A DNA stretch of 63,907 bases, filler included, from Octopus bimaculoides (lineage: Eukaryota), in NCBI RefSeq assembly GCF_001194135.2. It is 9 parts of 8 records of this genome, joined end to end, with 100 filler letters (N's around TTAATTAATTAA, not from the genome) between each part and the next. Parts side by side here need not be neighbours in the genome. Positions count along the whole stretch, not along the records: positions 31,965 to 42,726 come from NC_068985.1; positions 42,827 to 45,522 come from NC_068998.1; positions 45,623 to 47,980 come from NC_068993.1; positions 48,081 to 58,109 come from NC_068983.1; 5 more parts are not named here. The stretch is one strand, 5' to 3'. This document shows positions 38,801 to 50,114 of this stretch, piece after piece (the first letter of the stretch is position 1; every line of letters starts with the position of its first letter). Under the pieces are notes generated by a model, which was not told the DNA's origin, searched no databases, and was given only the letters and a program-made list of their open reading frames with translations. The translations under genes and the position numbers were made by a program.

Positions 38801-38960
38801 GTTGACCACTACACACATTTTTGTCTCTCCTTGCTTCTCTCCTTGTTTCTTTCCGTGTTCCTTTCTGTAGAAGAGCGTAGGCTCGAAACGTTAAAGACTT
38901 TCTCAATTCCCGAGCGTTATACTAATACATCCATTTGTTTTCCACACCACCTTTCTTTGT
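35860..38960 (+). mobile_element. Second Penelope-like element (different family, Neptune-like), mostly in gaps, with a 3' pseudo-LTR
   Basis: RPSQWTPSPGQF...RRPCRLNISPAE...RTDII; VAMITRMGPNYANL; YGRYIDDCIG (36949-36960); SFHPALHF...FLDISVS...HYK. The CA/CT-rich tail ends in an HHR motif. Confidence 0.85.
38861..38896 (+). ncRNA. Minimal type-I hammerhead ribozyme motif (A6U core variant)
   Basis: CTTT-CTGTAGA-A-GAGC GTAG GCTC-GAAA-CG-TT-AAAG: stem I CTTT/AAAG, stem II GAGC/GCTC, palindromic AACGTT stem III. Confidence 0.65.
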
Positions 38961-39147
38961 CTGTTGTTTTTTTTGTGAATTCTCCNNNNNNNNNNNNNNN
39001 NNNNNNNNNNNNNNNNNNNNNNNNNNNTATATATATATATATATTAATAGTAATGGTAAGACACCAAAAGAATGAATGAGACCTCGATATTATGTAAATA
39101 GAGGAATTCAGCTGTAATATAATATGTGACAATTATTCGGTTGCCAT

Positions 39148-39208
39148 AATAAAACTCCGAGTTTCGGATGTTGGGGCGGAAAACTGCTCCGGCATCTCGT
39201 CAGTTATC
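39148..39208 (-). ncRNA. Type-I hammerhead ribozyme with an intact catalytic core, in an inverted PLE pseudo-LTR
   Basis: The minus strand reads GATAA-CTGACGA-GATG...CATC-C-GAAA-CTC G GAG-TT-TTATT: stem I GATAA/TTATT, stem II GATG/CATC (one extra C), near-palindromic stem III. Confidence 0.75.
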
Positions 39209-39901
39209 GAGGCAATAAAAAAATGCTATGAAAATGACCGTTAAACAAAGGGAAATTACGATATAATTGACAGTTATTAAGACAAAAAAGCTATTAGAAT
39301 GACTGTTAAATAAGGGGAACAGGAAGTAAGAATGCTCATAAAAATCTCGTAAGTGTGCATGTACATACATACACATGCGCGCACGCATACCTACGTTCAT
39401 CTGCCTATATGCATATGCTTACTCACACTCGCATGAAAGGCATTCATGCACGCCCACACATACGCCTATATATGCACATATATATGCAACCATGCATGTA
39501 CACGTATGCATATCCGCCCACACAAACGCGCGCACACGCACACACATGCACACACCCATACGCGCACAATTATATTCAAAACACGTCTAGAATACACACA
39601 TGCTATATATTCATATGCTTACTCACACTCGCGTGAAATGCATGCATGTACGCCCACATATATATATGCAACCATACACATGTATATATACATGTACATA
39701 TATACATACCAACACACACGCATGCACGCACACACACACACACACGTGTATATACCCATACGTACACAAAAAGTTTATATACACGTCTATATACGCACAT
39801 GCACAAGAAAAATGCAGGGTGAACGGTAAAATGCAGAATAAAATGTGTAAAAATATATAAAGCAATAAAAATATACAAAACTATATATATAAATATGTAA
39901 A

Positions 39902-39958
<57 letters not shown>

Positions 39959-41459
39959 TAGAGAGATAAAATGCTTGTACGTGGACACAATATAAAAAGC
40001 AGGTTCTATCTGTGATCTTGGAGGGGGGGAACTAAAAACGTAACAAAAAATTAGCCATAAGTGGACATGATCCAAAAAGTTCAGTTCTTGAATTTAGACA
40101 TGTAGCGGGGGTCTAAGCTGCTTTTCCAGATGAGCCATCTTTCCATATCACAAAGACCGCACTTTCCACCGCCGTTGGTGTAAGTCTTGCTCCCATATAT
40201 GACTACTAATTTTACAAATATAATCGCACACAACACAGAAAAACCACAAAATGAAACCAGCTGTTCATGCAGGGATAAAAATTTGTGCCTGCTAAATGGA
40301 ACATGCATGCTCGAGACCATCATTCATGAAGCCACCATAGACTCTACAACCACTAAGGACACAGTTTCGTCAAAGAAATATGTGGGTCTCACGGAGGGGA
40401 ATTTTAAGGCCAGGTTCAACAATCACACCTTGAGCTTCAGGCACTGGAATAAAAGAAAAACGACTAAATTATCCAATCATATGTGGTTCTTAAAAAAGAT
40501 AAAGGTGTCAGTTACAACATCCATTGGAAGATCTTAGCTAAGTGTAAGCCTTACACCAACGGCAGTGGAAAGTGTGGTCTTTGTGATATGGAAAGATGGC
40601 TCATCTGGAAAAGCAGCTTAGACCCCGCTATATGTCTAAATTCAAGAACTGAACATTTTGGATCATGTCCACATATGGCTAAATTTTTATTACGTTTTTG
40701 GTCCCCTCCCCCAAGATCACAGATAAAACCTGCTTTTTATATTGTGTCCACGTACAAGCATTTTATCTCTCTATATTTTTATATATATTTTTTACATATT
40801 TATATATATATTTTTATATTTTTACACAATTTTTCTCTGTATTCTATTGTTCACCCTGCATTTTTCTTATGCATGTGCGTATATAGACGTGTATATGAAC
40901 TTTTTGTGCGCATATGGGTATATACACGTGTGTGCGTGTGTGCGGGTATGTATCTATGTACATGTGTATGGTTGCATATATATGTGGGTGTACATGCATG
41001 TGTTTTAAGCGAGTGAGTGAGCATGTGCATATTTTAGACGTATTTTGAATATAATTGTGCGCGTATGGGTATGTGCACGTGTGTGTGTGCGCGCACGCGC
41101 GTGCGGATATGCATACGTGTACATGCATGGTTGCATATATATGTGCATATATAGGCGTATGTGTGCATGTGCATGAATGTGTTTCACGCGAGTGTGAGTA
41201 AGCATATGCATATAGGCACATGTACGTAGGTATGCGTGCACACATGTGTATGTATGTACATGCGCGCTTACGCGATTTCTATGAGTATTTTTACTTCTTT
41301 ACTTTTTTACTTTTTCCCCTTCGGTTTTTTTCCCCTTATTTAACGGTCATTCTAATAACTCTTTTGTCTTAATAAGGGTCAATTACATAGTAATTTCCCT
41401 TTGTTTAACGGTCATTTTCATAGCATTTTTTTATTGCCTCGATAACTGACGAGATGCCG
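39148..41459 (+). mobile_element. 5'-truncated Penelope-like element (GIY-YIG only) preceded by an inverted copy of its own 3' end and pseudo-LTR
   Basis: Plus-strand translation SCSCRDKNLCLLNGTC...KYVGLTEGNFKARFNNHTLSF...WKILAKCKPYTNGSGKCGLC...CPHMAKFLL. Arms 39190-40188 and 40546-41459 are reverse complements. Confidence 0.9.
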
Positions 41460-41630
41460 CCGTTACGTTCTGAGTTCAAATTCCGCCGAGGTCGACTTTG
41501 CCTTTCATCCTTTGGGGTCGATTAAATAAGTACCAGTTACGCACTGGGGTCGATATAATCGACTTAATCCCTTTGTCTGTCCTTGTTTGTCCCCTCTATG
41601 TTTAGCCCCTTGTGAGCAATAAAGAAATAA
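41458..41630 (+). mobile_element. 5'-truncated SINE (family A) that cuts off the PLE ribozyme copy
   Basis: CCGTTACGTTCTGAGTTCAAATTCCGCCGAGGTCGACTTTGCC...AAAGAAATAATAAT. Confidence 0.9.
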
Positions 41631-41670
41631 TAATAATAATAATAATAATCATTATTATTATTATTATTGC

Positions 41671-41704
<34 letters not shown>

Positions 41705-41918
41705 ATTATTATTATTTTTATCATTATTATTATTATTATTATTTAAAGGTCACAATACATGTATTAAAGCGCTACTAATAGTTTCATATGCTGAGGGAAT
41801 TCAAACATATTCTTCTGGCGCAAACCACATATCATAACAAACTAAAAAATTGGATAAATAGAAGAAACGCGATGAAGCCGAGAAGGCAGCATATAGAAAA
41901 TGCAGACAGTAAACAACG

Positions 41919-42726
41919 TGTAGTGACGCTTTATAGCAGACGACATTTCCGGAGATTTTATCCACGCATGCGCAGGGACTAGTTCCGGAAGGAATACAGG
42001 AAGAGTCTCATGCACATGCGTAGTCATCGATATCCAAACGTTCCCGCTTCTTTCACCCTCTTCTTTCGCTGGCCGACGAAGGGCCTAGACGTCGCAGCAG
42101 CCTCTCTCCAACAACCCAACTCTGGAGCTACACAAATAACCACGAACTTCATTGACGGCGTCTCAGTAACCAAAGGGCGAAGTGCTGCCGAATTCTATTG
42201 TAATAGATATTGTTGTGTTGATAGTTCAGAATCTGCGTTCCGTTGTTTCTTCAAGAAATTTAATGTACGGAAGCGGAGTACACCTAATGGTGTATAACCA
42301 CTTCCCTACAACTGGTGACCCTGACGTGATTCAAACACGCACCCGACGTGATTCGGTATAACCACTTCCCTACAACTGGTGGCCCCGTGAAGAACAAATG
42401 CAGCCGAAAACTCTGGACTACCGACCACAATAATTACACGAAGCGTCGCCTGGCTCTCAACATGCTCGTCACATAGAAGACAAGAATAACAACTTTCTCT
42501 GCATAGGTTTTGTTTCGACTGTCGCACAACACAAAGGAAAAGAACTCACCGACACAATGGACACCCACAATTCACTTTCGACCTACCAGAGAATGCAATG
42601 CAAACCTATGCACAGATCCACCAGAGAAACCGCTGACATAAGTAAATACAGCATTTCGAACAGCTATCCGACCAAGAACTAACCGGATAACTCTATGGAA
42701 ACCCACACGAGCAACGTTTTTCGACA
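41919..42726 (+). mobile_element. 5' LTR (41919-42310), tRNA-Trp PBS and start of the internal region of a Gypsy-like LTR retrotransposon
   Basis: TGTAG...CTACA termini, then AC, then TGGTGACCCTGACGTGATTCAAACACGCA (42313-42341), complementary to the conserved tRNA-Trp 3' end. Confidence 0.8.
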
Positions 42727-42826
42727 NNNNNNNNNNNNNNNNNNNNNNNNNNNNNNNNNNNNNNNNNNNNTTAATTAATTAANNNNNNNNNNNNNNNNNN
42801 NNNNNNNNNNNNNNNNNNNNNNNNNN
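42727..42826. other. Artificial scaffolding linker (N44-TTAATTAATTAA-N44)
   Basis: Same construct. Confidence 0.95.
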
Positions 42827-43710
42827 GTGTGTGTGTGTGTGTGTGTGTGTGTGTTGATAGATAGGTAGATAGATAGATACTTGATTTTTATGTTTAGTTA
42901 TAAAAAAAGTTTCCATCTGAAGGCTTACTGCATACTTTTGTAGAGTATAAATATATTTTTCTCTAACAAGAATAGTGTCGACAGGACTTTCGAATTTCGG
43001 CCAGATGAGCTGGCTTTTCTAAGCGAATATATATATAATATATATATATATGTATATATTTATATATATACATATATAATGATATATATATATGAATACG
43101 TTTTATGGGGTAAATTACTGGGTTTGTGCCAACATTTGAAATCAATATGAGTGAGTATAATTAGATTGTTTCTCAAAAATGCCCTCAGTTATTGGGAGAA
43201 AGTTATAGAATAAAAATATAACCGTTTGGACATATTTCTTCGATGAAGACACAGAATGAATTTGAAAAGGAGAGAAATAAAACTGTGGCGTAAAAGATTA
43301 AAAAAGAACAAAGAAGTGAATGGAAGTGGGTTACCCACATATTCGATCTCTGACAATACATATATAGTGTACGACGGAAAAAAGAGTATTAGATAACATA
43401 GTTCAGATTAATGCGGGACATGATGAGTAATCTAACAATGCCATTAATTCTTAGTTTGACTCCAAACAATGAAAACTTTACTCCGCTTGAACATGAAACT
43501 TGATGTGCTGTCAAAAACAATTAATTTACTGTACGTGGAAAACATAGCTCTTAAATATATTACGTATTTTCAAATTCTGAATCTATGAATAGACTCTCAA
43601 TATATACATATATATATGTGCTTGTGTGTGTGTGTGTATGTGTGAGTATGCGTGTGTATGTGTGTGTGCACACACATAAAAATATGCAAGTATGTATGTT
43701 TGTACGTAAC

Positions 43711-43757
<47 letters not shown>

Positions 43758-44298
43758 NNNNNNNNNNNNNNNNNNNNNNNNNNNNNNNNNNNNNNNNNNN
43801 NNNNNNNNNNNNNNNNNNNNNNNNNNNNNNNNNNNNNNNNNNNNNNNNNNNNNNNNNNNNNNNNNNNNNNNNNNNNNNNNNNNNNNNNNNNNNNNNNNNN
43901 NNNNNNNNNNNNNNNNNNNNNNNNNNNNNNNNNNNNNNNNNNNNNNNNNNNNNNNNNNNNNNNNNNNNNNNNNNNNNNNNNNNNNNNNNNNNNNNNNNNN
44001 NNNNNNNNNNNNNNNNNNNNNNNNNNNNNNNNNNNNNNNNNNNNNNNNNNNNNACAATGAAAACTTTACTCCGCTTGAACATGAAACTTGATGTGCTGTC
44101 AAAAACAATTAATTTACTGTACGTGGAAAACATAGCTCTTAAATATATTACGTATTTTCAAATTCTGAATCTATGAATAGACTCTCAATATATACATATA
44201 TATATGTGCTTGTGTGTGTGTGTGTATGTGTGAGTATGCGTGTGTATGTGTGTGTGCACACACATAAAAATATGCAAGTATGTATGTTTGTACGTAAC

Positions 44299-44335
<37 letters not shown>

Positions 44336-44393
44336 GTGTGTATGTATGTATGTATGCATTATATGTACATTTATATAGTTAGGTACATATATA

Positions 44394-44443
<50 letters not shown>

Positions 44444-45522
44444 CGCGTAGATAGATAGATAGATAGATTACCCACCTTACACATTCAGGTGTAGCATTAA
44501 TTAATACCAAGAGAATATGTCTGCTTTAGTATTTACTCTAACGTAATTGCTTCATCTTTGTCTCATATTCTTAATTAAAAATTGGGTGTGCCTGCGTATA
44601 TATACATATATATGTGTGTGTGTGTGTGTATGTGTGTGTGTGTGTATGTGTGCGTGTGTGCACATCATATCTATTTATACACATAGGTATGCATCTATAC
44701 GTATCTATCTACCTTTCTGTATATATATCTATGTAATACACATATATACATTTATGTACGTATATATACATGTATATACATCCACATATATGTACCTCTT
44801 GTTATATCTATTATCTATTTCTGGGTATATATACACACATATATTTCTTATCCATTTCTTATTTACTTGTTTCAATCAATAGACTGTGGCTATGCTGGAG
44901 CAATACATACATACNNNNNNNNNNNNNNNNNNNNNNNNNNNNNNNNNNNNNNNNNNNNNNNNNNNNNNNNNNNNNNNNNNNNNNNNNNNNNNNNNNNNNN
45001 NNNNNNNNNNNNNNNNNNNNTATATATATATATATATATATATATGAGCATGTCTAGATATGCAACTATATGCATGAGAAAACATGCATAAAACATACTA
45101 GTCTGCACATACATACATACATACATACATACATACACACATACATACATACATACTCTGTTGTTGAAGTTGAAATTCCAATGAAAGAGCCATGGATTTA
45201 GGTTAGAAACCGGTTCTTTATTAGCAAGAAATTTTGAAATAAACTGAATAATGACACACACACACATACATTCATACATTCATACATACATACATACATA
45301 CATTCATTCATTCGTAAAACACACGAGTTGAAACGAGATGGGAGAAGGTTACTCAGCGATGTGGATCTTTAAATTAAAGTGACATATCAGATTTTATTGG
45401 CAGCTGCATAACTTCCGAAGCCGTTTCTCCGAGTTTCCCATTACCGATTCGGTTCCTGAAGTTCTGTAACGTAAAACTTGTAGTTATCAAATGTAAGGTT
45501 TTCCAGCTTCCCTCCCCCCCCC

Positions 45523-45622
45523 NNNNNNNNNNNNNNNNNNNNNNNNNNNNNNNNNNNNNNNNNNNNTTAATTAATTAANNNNNNNNNNNNNNNNNNNNNN
45601 NNNNNNNNNNNNNNNNNNNNNN
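45523..45622. other. Artificial scaffolding linker (N44-TTAATTAATTAA-N44)
   Basis: Same construct. Confidence 0.95.
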
Positions 45623-45657
<35 letters not shown>

Positions 45658-45960
45658 TACACGCTACAGGAATTTTGTTTGGAAAGTATTTTGTGTCTAG
45701 AACTAGAGAACATACTTCATCTGTAAGACAACTGGAAAATGGGAAAATCATTCTTGTTCTAGATAAGAGCTCGGCGATATTCAAGGGTAAATTCCTGTTC
45801 AACCACAATGTTCCTACAGCATATTTACCCCCAGATTATACGTCATTTATTCAGCTCCAACGCCAAAGAGTAAAACATTCTATGAATGTGAAGTATCACC
45901 CAGTTTTCGTGAAACTTATGATAGAAGTGGTAAACGCTGGCCAACGTTATAAAGGCATTT

Positions 45961-46342
45961 AAGGTAATGAGCGGACAGAATCATCAGTACGCCGGGCAAA
46001 ATGCTTAGCAGTATTTCGTCTGTTTTACCTTCTAATATCAAATATTGCTGTAAAATAAAGTACTTGTAGAGTAATGGAGTCGATGTAATCGACTTACCCG
46101 CTCACCCAAATTTTCGGGCCTTGTGCCTAAAATTTGAAGCCAATATTAGAAAGAAATTTAAGGCAGCGAGATAGCAGATTCCTTACTGCTTAGCGACATC
46201 TCTTCTGTCTTTACATTCTGAGTTCATATTCTGCCGAGGTCGACTTTGCCTTTCATCCTTTTGGGATTGGGAAAATAAATACCTGTAATTGAGTTACTCC
46301 CTCCTCCTGAAAATGCTGGCCTTGTGCCAAAATTTAAAACCA
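45961..46342 (+). mobile_element. Two tandem tRNA-headed SINEs (family A): 45961-46145 and 46160-46342
   Basis: Both begin AAGG(T/C)A.(T/C)GAG and end GGCCTTGTGCC.AAATTT.AA.CC; the second has TTCTGAGTTCATATTCTGCCGAGGTCGAC. Confidence 0.75.
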
Positions 46343-46619
46343 GCATTATAAAGACATTAAAAATTATAACACAAATTATGTGGTCTGGCTTGTTGTAAAT
46401 GACTGGGATAAAGTAAAACGATCAACACTATGAACAATGACTGACATAAGTTGTCGTCTGCATTTGGTTGTTGCAAAAATCACGTGATGAAAATGTTCGA
46501 CAGGATTTCACGTATCAAAGGATTAAGAAGTTGTTAGTGAATTGTTTCATTATGTTAAATCTGTTTATTAGGGGATCTATTGCCAAAGCTGCAGAAAGTA
46601 GCTTCAGTACATGAATACT

Positions 46620-46960
46620 GGCACTTCGTCGTTTACGACGATGAGTGTTTCAGTTGTTCCGACCACTTTGGTTGGAACAACTGGAGCAAACTGTTCGTGA
46701 AATTAACGTTCAACTGACTGAGCACTCCTCAGGCACGGTTACCCATAACGTAGTTCATTGGGAGATTCAGAATAGCACAGAATGTGACAAGGCTGGCCCT
46801 TTAAATAAAAGGAACAATTCATTTTTGCCAGCTAAATAGACTGAAGGAACGTGAAATAAAGTGTCTTACTCAAGGACACAACACGCCACCGGAAATCGAA
46901 CACACGACCTAACGATCGTGCGCCGAATAGCCAAATCATTAAGTCACGTGCCTTCCCGAC
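46620..46960 (-). mobile_element. SINE (family C)
   Basis: The head on the minus strand is GCACGTGACTTAATGATTTGGCTATTCGGCGCACGATCGTTAGGTCGTGTGTTCGATTTCCGG (B-box GTTCGATTTCC). Confidence 0.6.
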
Positions 46961-47234
46961 TAGATAAATATTGATGAAACAATACCTGTTGGGTATCACT
47001 GTACAGACTCAGAAAATTATTTGTATAGACGTGTATTTTGATTAAAAACTACGGAAGTGATTATGAAGGCATTGACGATGATGAAACAGATGTAGGAGAT
47101 AATTAAGGAAGATGTTGGGTGAAGTAATTATAAGAGTTGGGAAACGTTCATTCAGGACAATACAAAAGATATGCAGGCAGGCATACATACAGAAAAATGC
47201 GTAGATACACAGACAGACAGAAGGACTGGCAAAC

Positions 47235-47288
<54 letters not shown>

Positions 47289-47980
47289 ACAAACAAACAG
47301 ACAAATAAACAAACAGACAAACAAACAAACGAACAGACAAACAACAAGACAGACACATAAAGAGATAACCAGAGAGACAGACAGATTGGAGCTTGCTTAA
47401 TACTTTCGCAGACACCAATTCTGTGAAAAAAAATATTTGAAATTAAAAACAAGAAAGAAATTCGGGAATGAAAATGGATATTTACTTGCAGGCATCTGTC
47501 GGTTTATCGCCCGGTACCGCTTTGTATTGTCTGTTTGAAGATTCTTAACTAGATTTTTCCGTATTACGTCATATCAAAGAGTATTCTTATATATCATGTA
47601 CAAAACAGAGGGCTGATAGCAAATACATACATACATATATATATACACACACACACACGCACACACTCACGCGCACTCTCACACGCACGCACACATATAC
47701 ATATATACATTGCATCGAATTTTATATCGTGAATATCTTCATTCTTTTCCTTCAGAAAATGTCTGAATGTGATTTGTGATAATTTTAAATGCAAAGACTA
47801 TATCTCTTGTAATATGATTGAATAGACGGAGGGTAAGAAGGGGTAAGGAGAGGAGGGGCAGCGTGAGGAATGGCAGAGAGGGAGAAGGGACGCTGAGAGG
47901 GAGGGGTGGTTTGATGCTCGGGTTGTTTCTCGTTTCATTTTATAGTTTCTGTTGGAGTTTTGCATATTCTTTTATGCCTC

Positions 47981-48080
47981 NNNNNNNNNNNNNNNNNNNN
48001 NNNNNNNNNNNNNNNNNNNNNNNNTTAATTAATTAANNNNNNNNNNNNNNNNNNNNNNNNNNNNNNNNNNNNNNNNNNNN
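47981..48080. other. Artificial scaffolding linker (N44-TTAATTAATTAA-N44)
   Basis: Same construct. Confidence 0.95.
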
Positions 48081-48827
48081 ATTATCACAGATCCTCCTCT
48101 ATGCTTAACAGTTGGAAGAAGGCAGTCTGGGTCAAATGCTTCTCCACACGTATACTTGGCTGGTGGTTGGAAATAAGGTAAAGGATGGCTCGTTTGTGAA
48201 AATAATATTCTTTCACTGCTCTAGGAACCAATTCTGTAGGTTTTTACTCCACTCTAAATGCTTTGCAATGTTTGATTTTGAAAGTAGTGGTTTTCTGATT
48301 GCAGCCCTCCCGTGAAATCTGGCTTTGTGCAGCTCCCAGCGAACGATTTTTGTGGAAACTGGGTTCTTGAGGTGATCATTAAGTTCTGCATTATTTTTGG
48401 GGGCTGTACTTTTGTGATCCTTTCTAACAATTTGTCTAAGAGTCTGATGGTCCCTATCTGAAAGCTTTGGTTTTCTTCTGGAATTTTGTTTCAGCAAGGA
48501 GGTTTTTCCCTCCTTCTCAAAGGCTGTCATTACTTTCAAGACTGTACTTCTTGATACACCAAACATTTTGGCTGTTTTCATTACGCTAGTACCTGCCATA
48601 TGAGCACCAACAATTTGACCTCTTTGAAAGTCCGATAGATCTGTCATTTTAATAAATTTTAATTACCTTTCTCTGATAATATCTCAAAAGAAACAGCAAA
48701 ACATATTAAGCAACACTAATAATAAATCAAAAAACATACAAATAAACAAGCTTTTGACGGTTTTATAGATATTTCAAAATTATAATTCTATGATGCTAGG
48801 TGTTTCCTTTATTTTGTCCAACTCCTC
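48081..48827 (-). mobile_element. Tc1-family transposon, 5' half (HTH region and start of the DDE domain), pseudogene
   Basis: ORF 48213-48647 MTDLSDFQRGQIVGAHMAG...AAIRKPLLSKSNIAKHLEW, continuing NIIFTNEPSF. TIR GAGGAGTTGGACAAAATAAAGGAAACACC with TA at 48828-29. Confidence 0.9.
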
Positions 48828-48915
48828 TATATGTTTATATATATGTGGATATATATATATATATGTATGTATACATGTTTATATATATGTTTATATATAT
48901 ATATATATATATATA

Positions 48916-49905
48916 AGAATAGCCTGGGCAAAAGTCAGAGAGCTCCCACTTCTGCTAGTGACAAAAGGCCTCTCGCCCAGAATAATAGTTGGACTGTATG
49001 ATGCATGTGTGCGAACAGCCATGCTACATGGCAGTGAAACATGAGCTGTGACTGCTGAGGACATGCATAAGCTTGCAAGAAATGAAGCTAATATGTTCCA
49101 CTGGATATATAATGTCAGTGTGCATACACGACAGAGTGTAAGCACCCTGGGAGAAAAGTTGGATATAAGAAGCATGAGATGTTGTGTGCAAGAGAGACGA
49201 CTGCACTGGTATGGACATGTGTTGCATATGGATGAAGACAGCTGTGTGAAAAAGTGTCACACCCTCGCTGTAGAGGGAACCTGTGGAAGAGGTAGACCCA
49301 GGAAGACCTCGAATGAGGTGGTGAAGTGCAACCATCAAACATTGTGCCTCACAGAGGTGATGACAAGTGACTGAGGCCTTTGGAGATGTGTTGTATTTGA
49401 GAAGACCCAGTAAGCTAAGTGAGACCGTAACTGTGGCCTATGCCAGTGCAGATAACCTGCCCATTTATGAGTACCCTTCAATCATTGGGCAATAAACTGT
49501 AATTGCAAAGACCTGTTGAGTCAAGTGAAGTTATTGTTGTGGCCAATGTCAATACCCGTGACTGGTCCTTGAGCATGGTCAATGCCAGTGCTGCCTGACT
49601 GGTCCTGTGCTGGTGGCACATGAAAAGCACCATTCGAGCGTGGTTGTTGCCAGTACACTCTGACTGGCTCCTGTGTTGGTGGCATGTAATAAGCACCATT
49701 TAAGCATGGTCATTGCCAGTACCGCCTGACTGGCCCTCATGCCAGTGGCATGTAAAAAGCACTCCCCAAAACTCTCGGAGTTGTTGGTGTTAGGAAGGGT
49801 ATACAGCTGTAGAAATTTTGCCAGATCAGATTGGAGTCTGGTGCAGCTTTCTGGCTTGGCAGCCCTCAGTCAAACATCCAACCCATGCCAGCATGGAAAG
49901 CAGAC
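48916..49905 (+). mobile_element. 5'-truncated RTE-clade LINE (C-terminus and repetitive 3' UTR)
   Basis: IAWAKVRELP...LYDACVRTAMLHGSET*...QERRLHWYGHVLHM...GRGRPRKT. The 3' UTR has GCACCATT..AGC.TGG repeats. Confidence 0.9.
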
Positions 49906-49933
49906 GTTGTGTGTTTATATACATATATATGTG

Positions 49934-49986
<53 letters not shown>

Positions 49987-50029
49987 NNNNNNNNNNGTAT
50001 ATATATGTATGTATGTATATATATGTATG

Positions 50030-50114
<85 letters not shown>

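Noticed and set aside
43466-44333. ~290-bp direct duplication on both sides of a gap (43466-43757 / 44054-44333)
   Set aside because: Identical copies flanking an N-run and ending in a variable (TA)n; most likely an unmerged contig overlap or haplotype.
45178-45225. CCAATGA...GAAACCGGTT motif
   Set aside because: It folds better as a simple hairpin and lacks CUGANGA and stem I.
45654-45962. 102-aa ORF
   Set aside because: No recognisable motif, starts in a (TA)n run next to a linker, and its length is within chance expectation.
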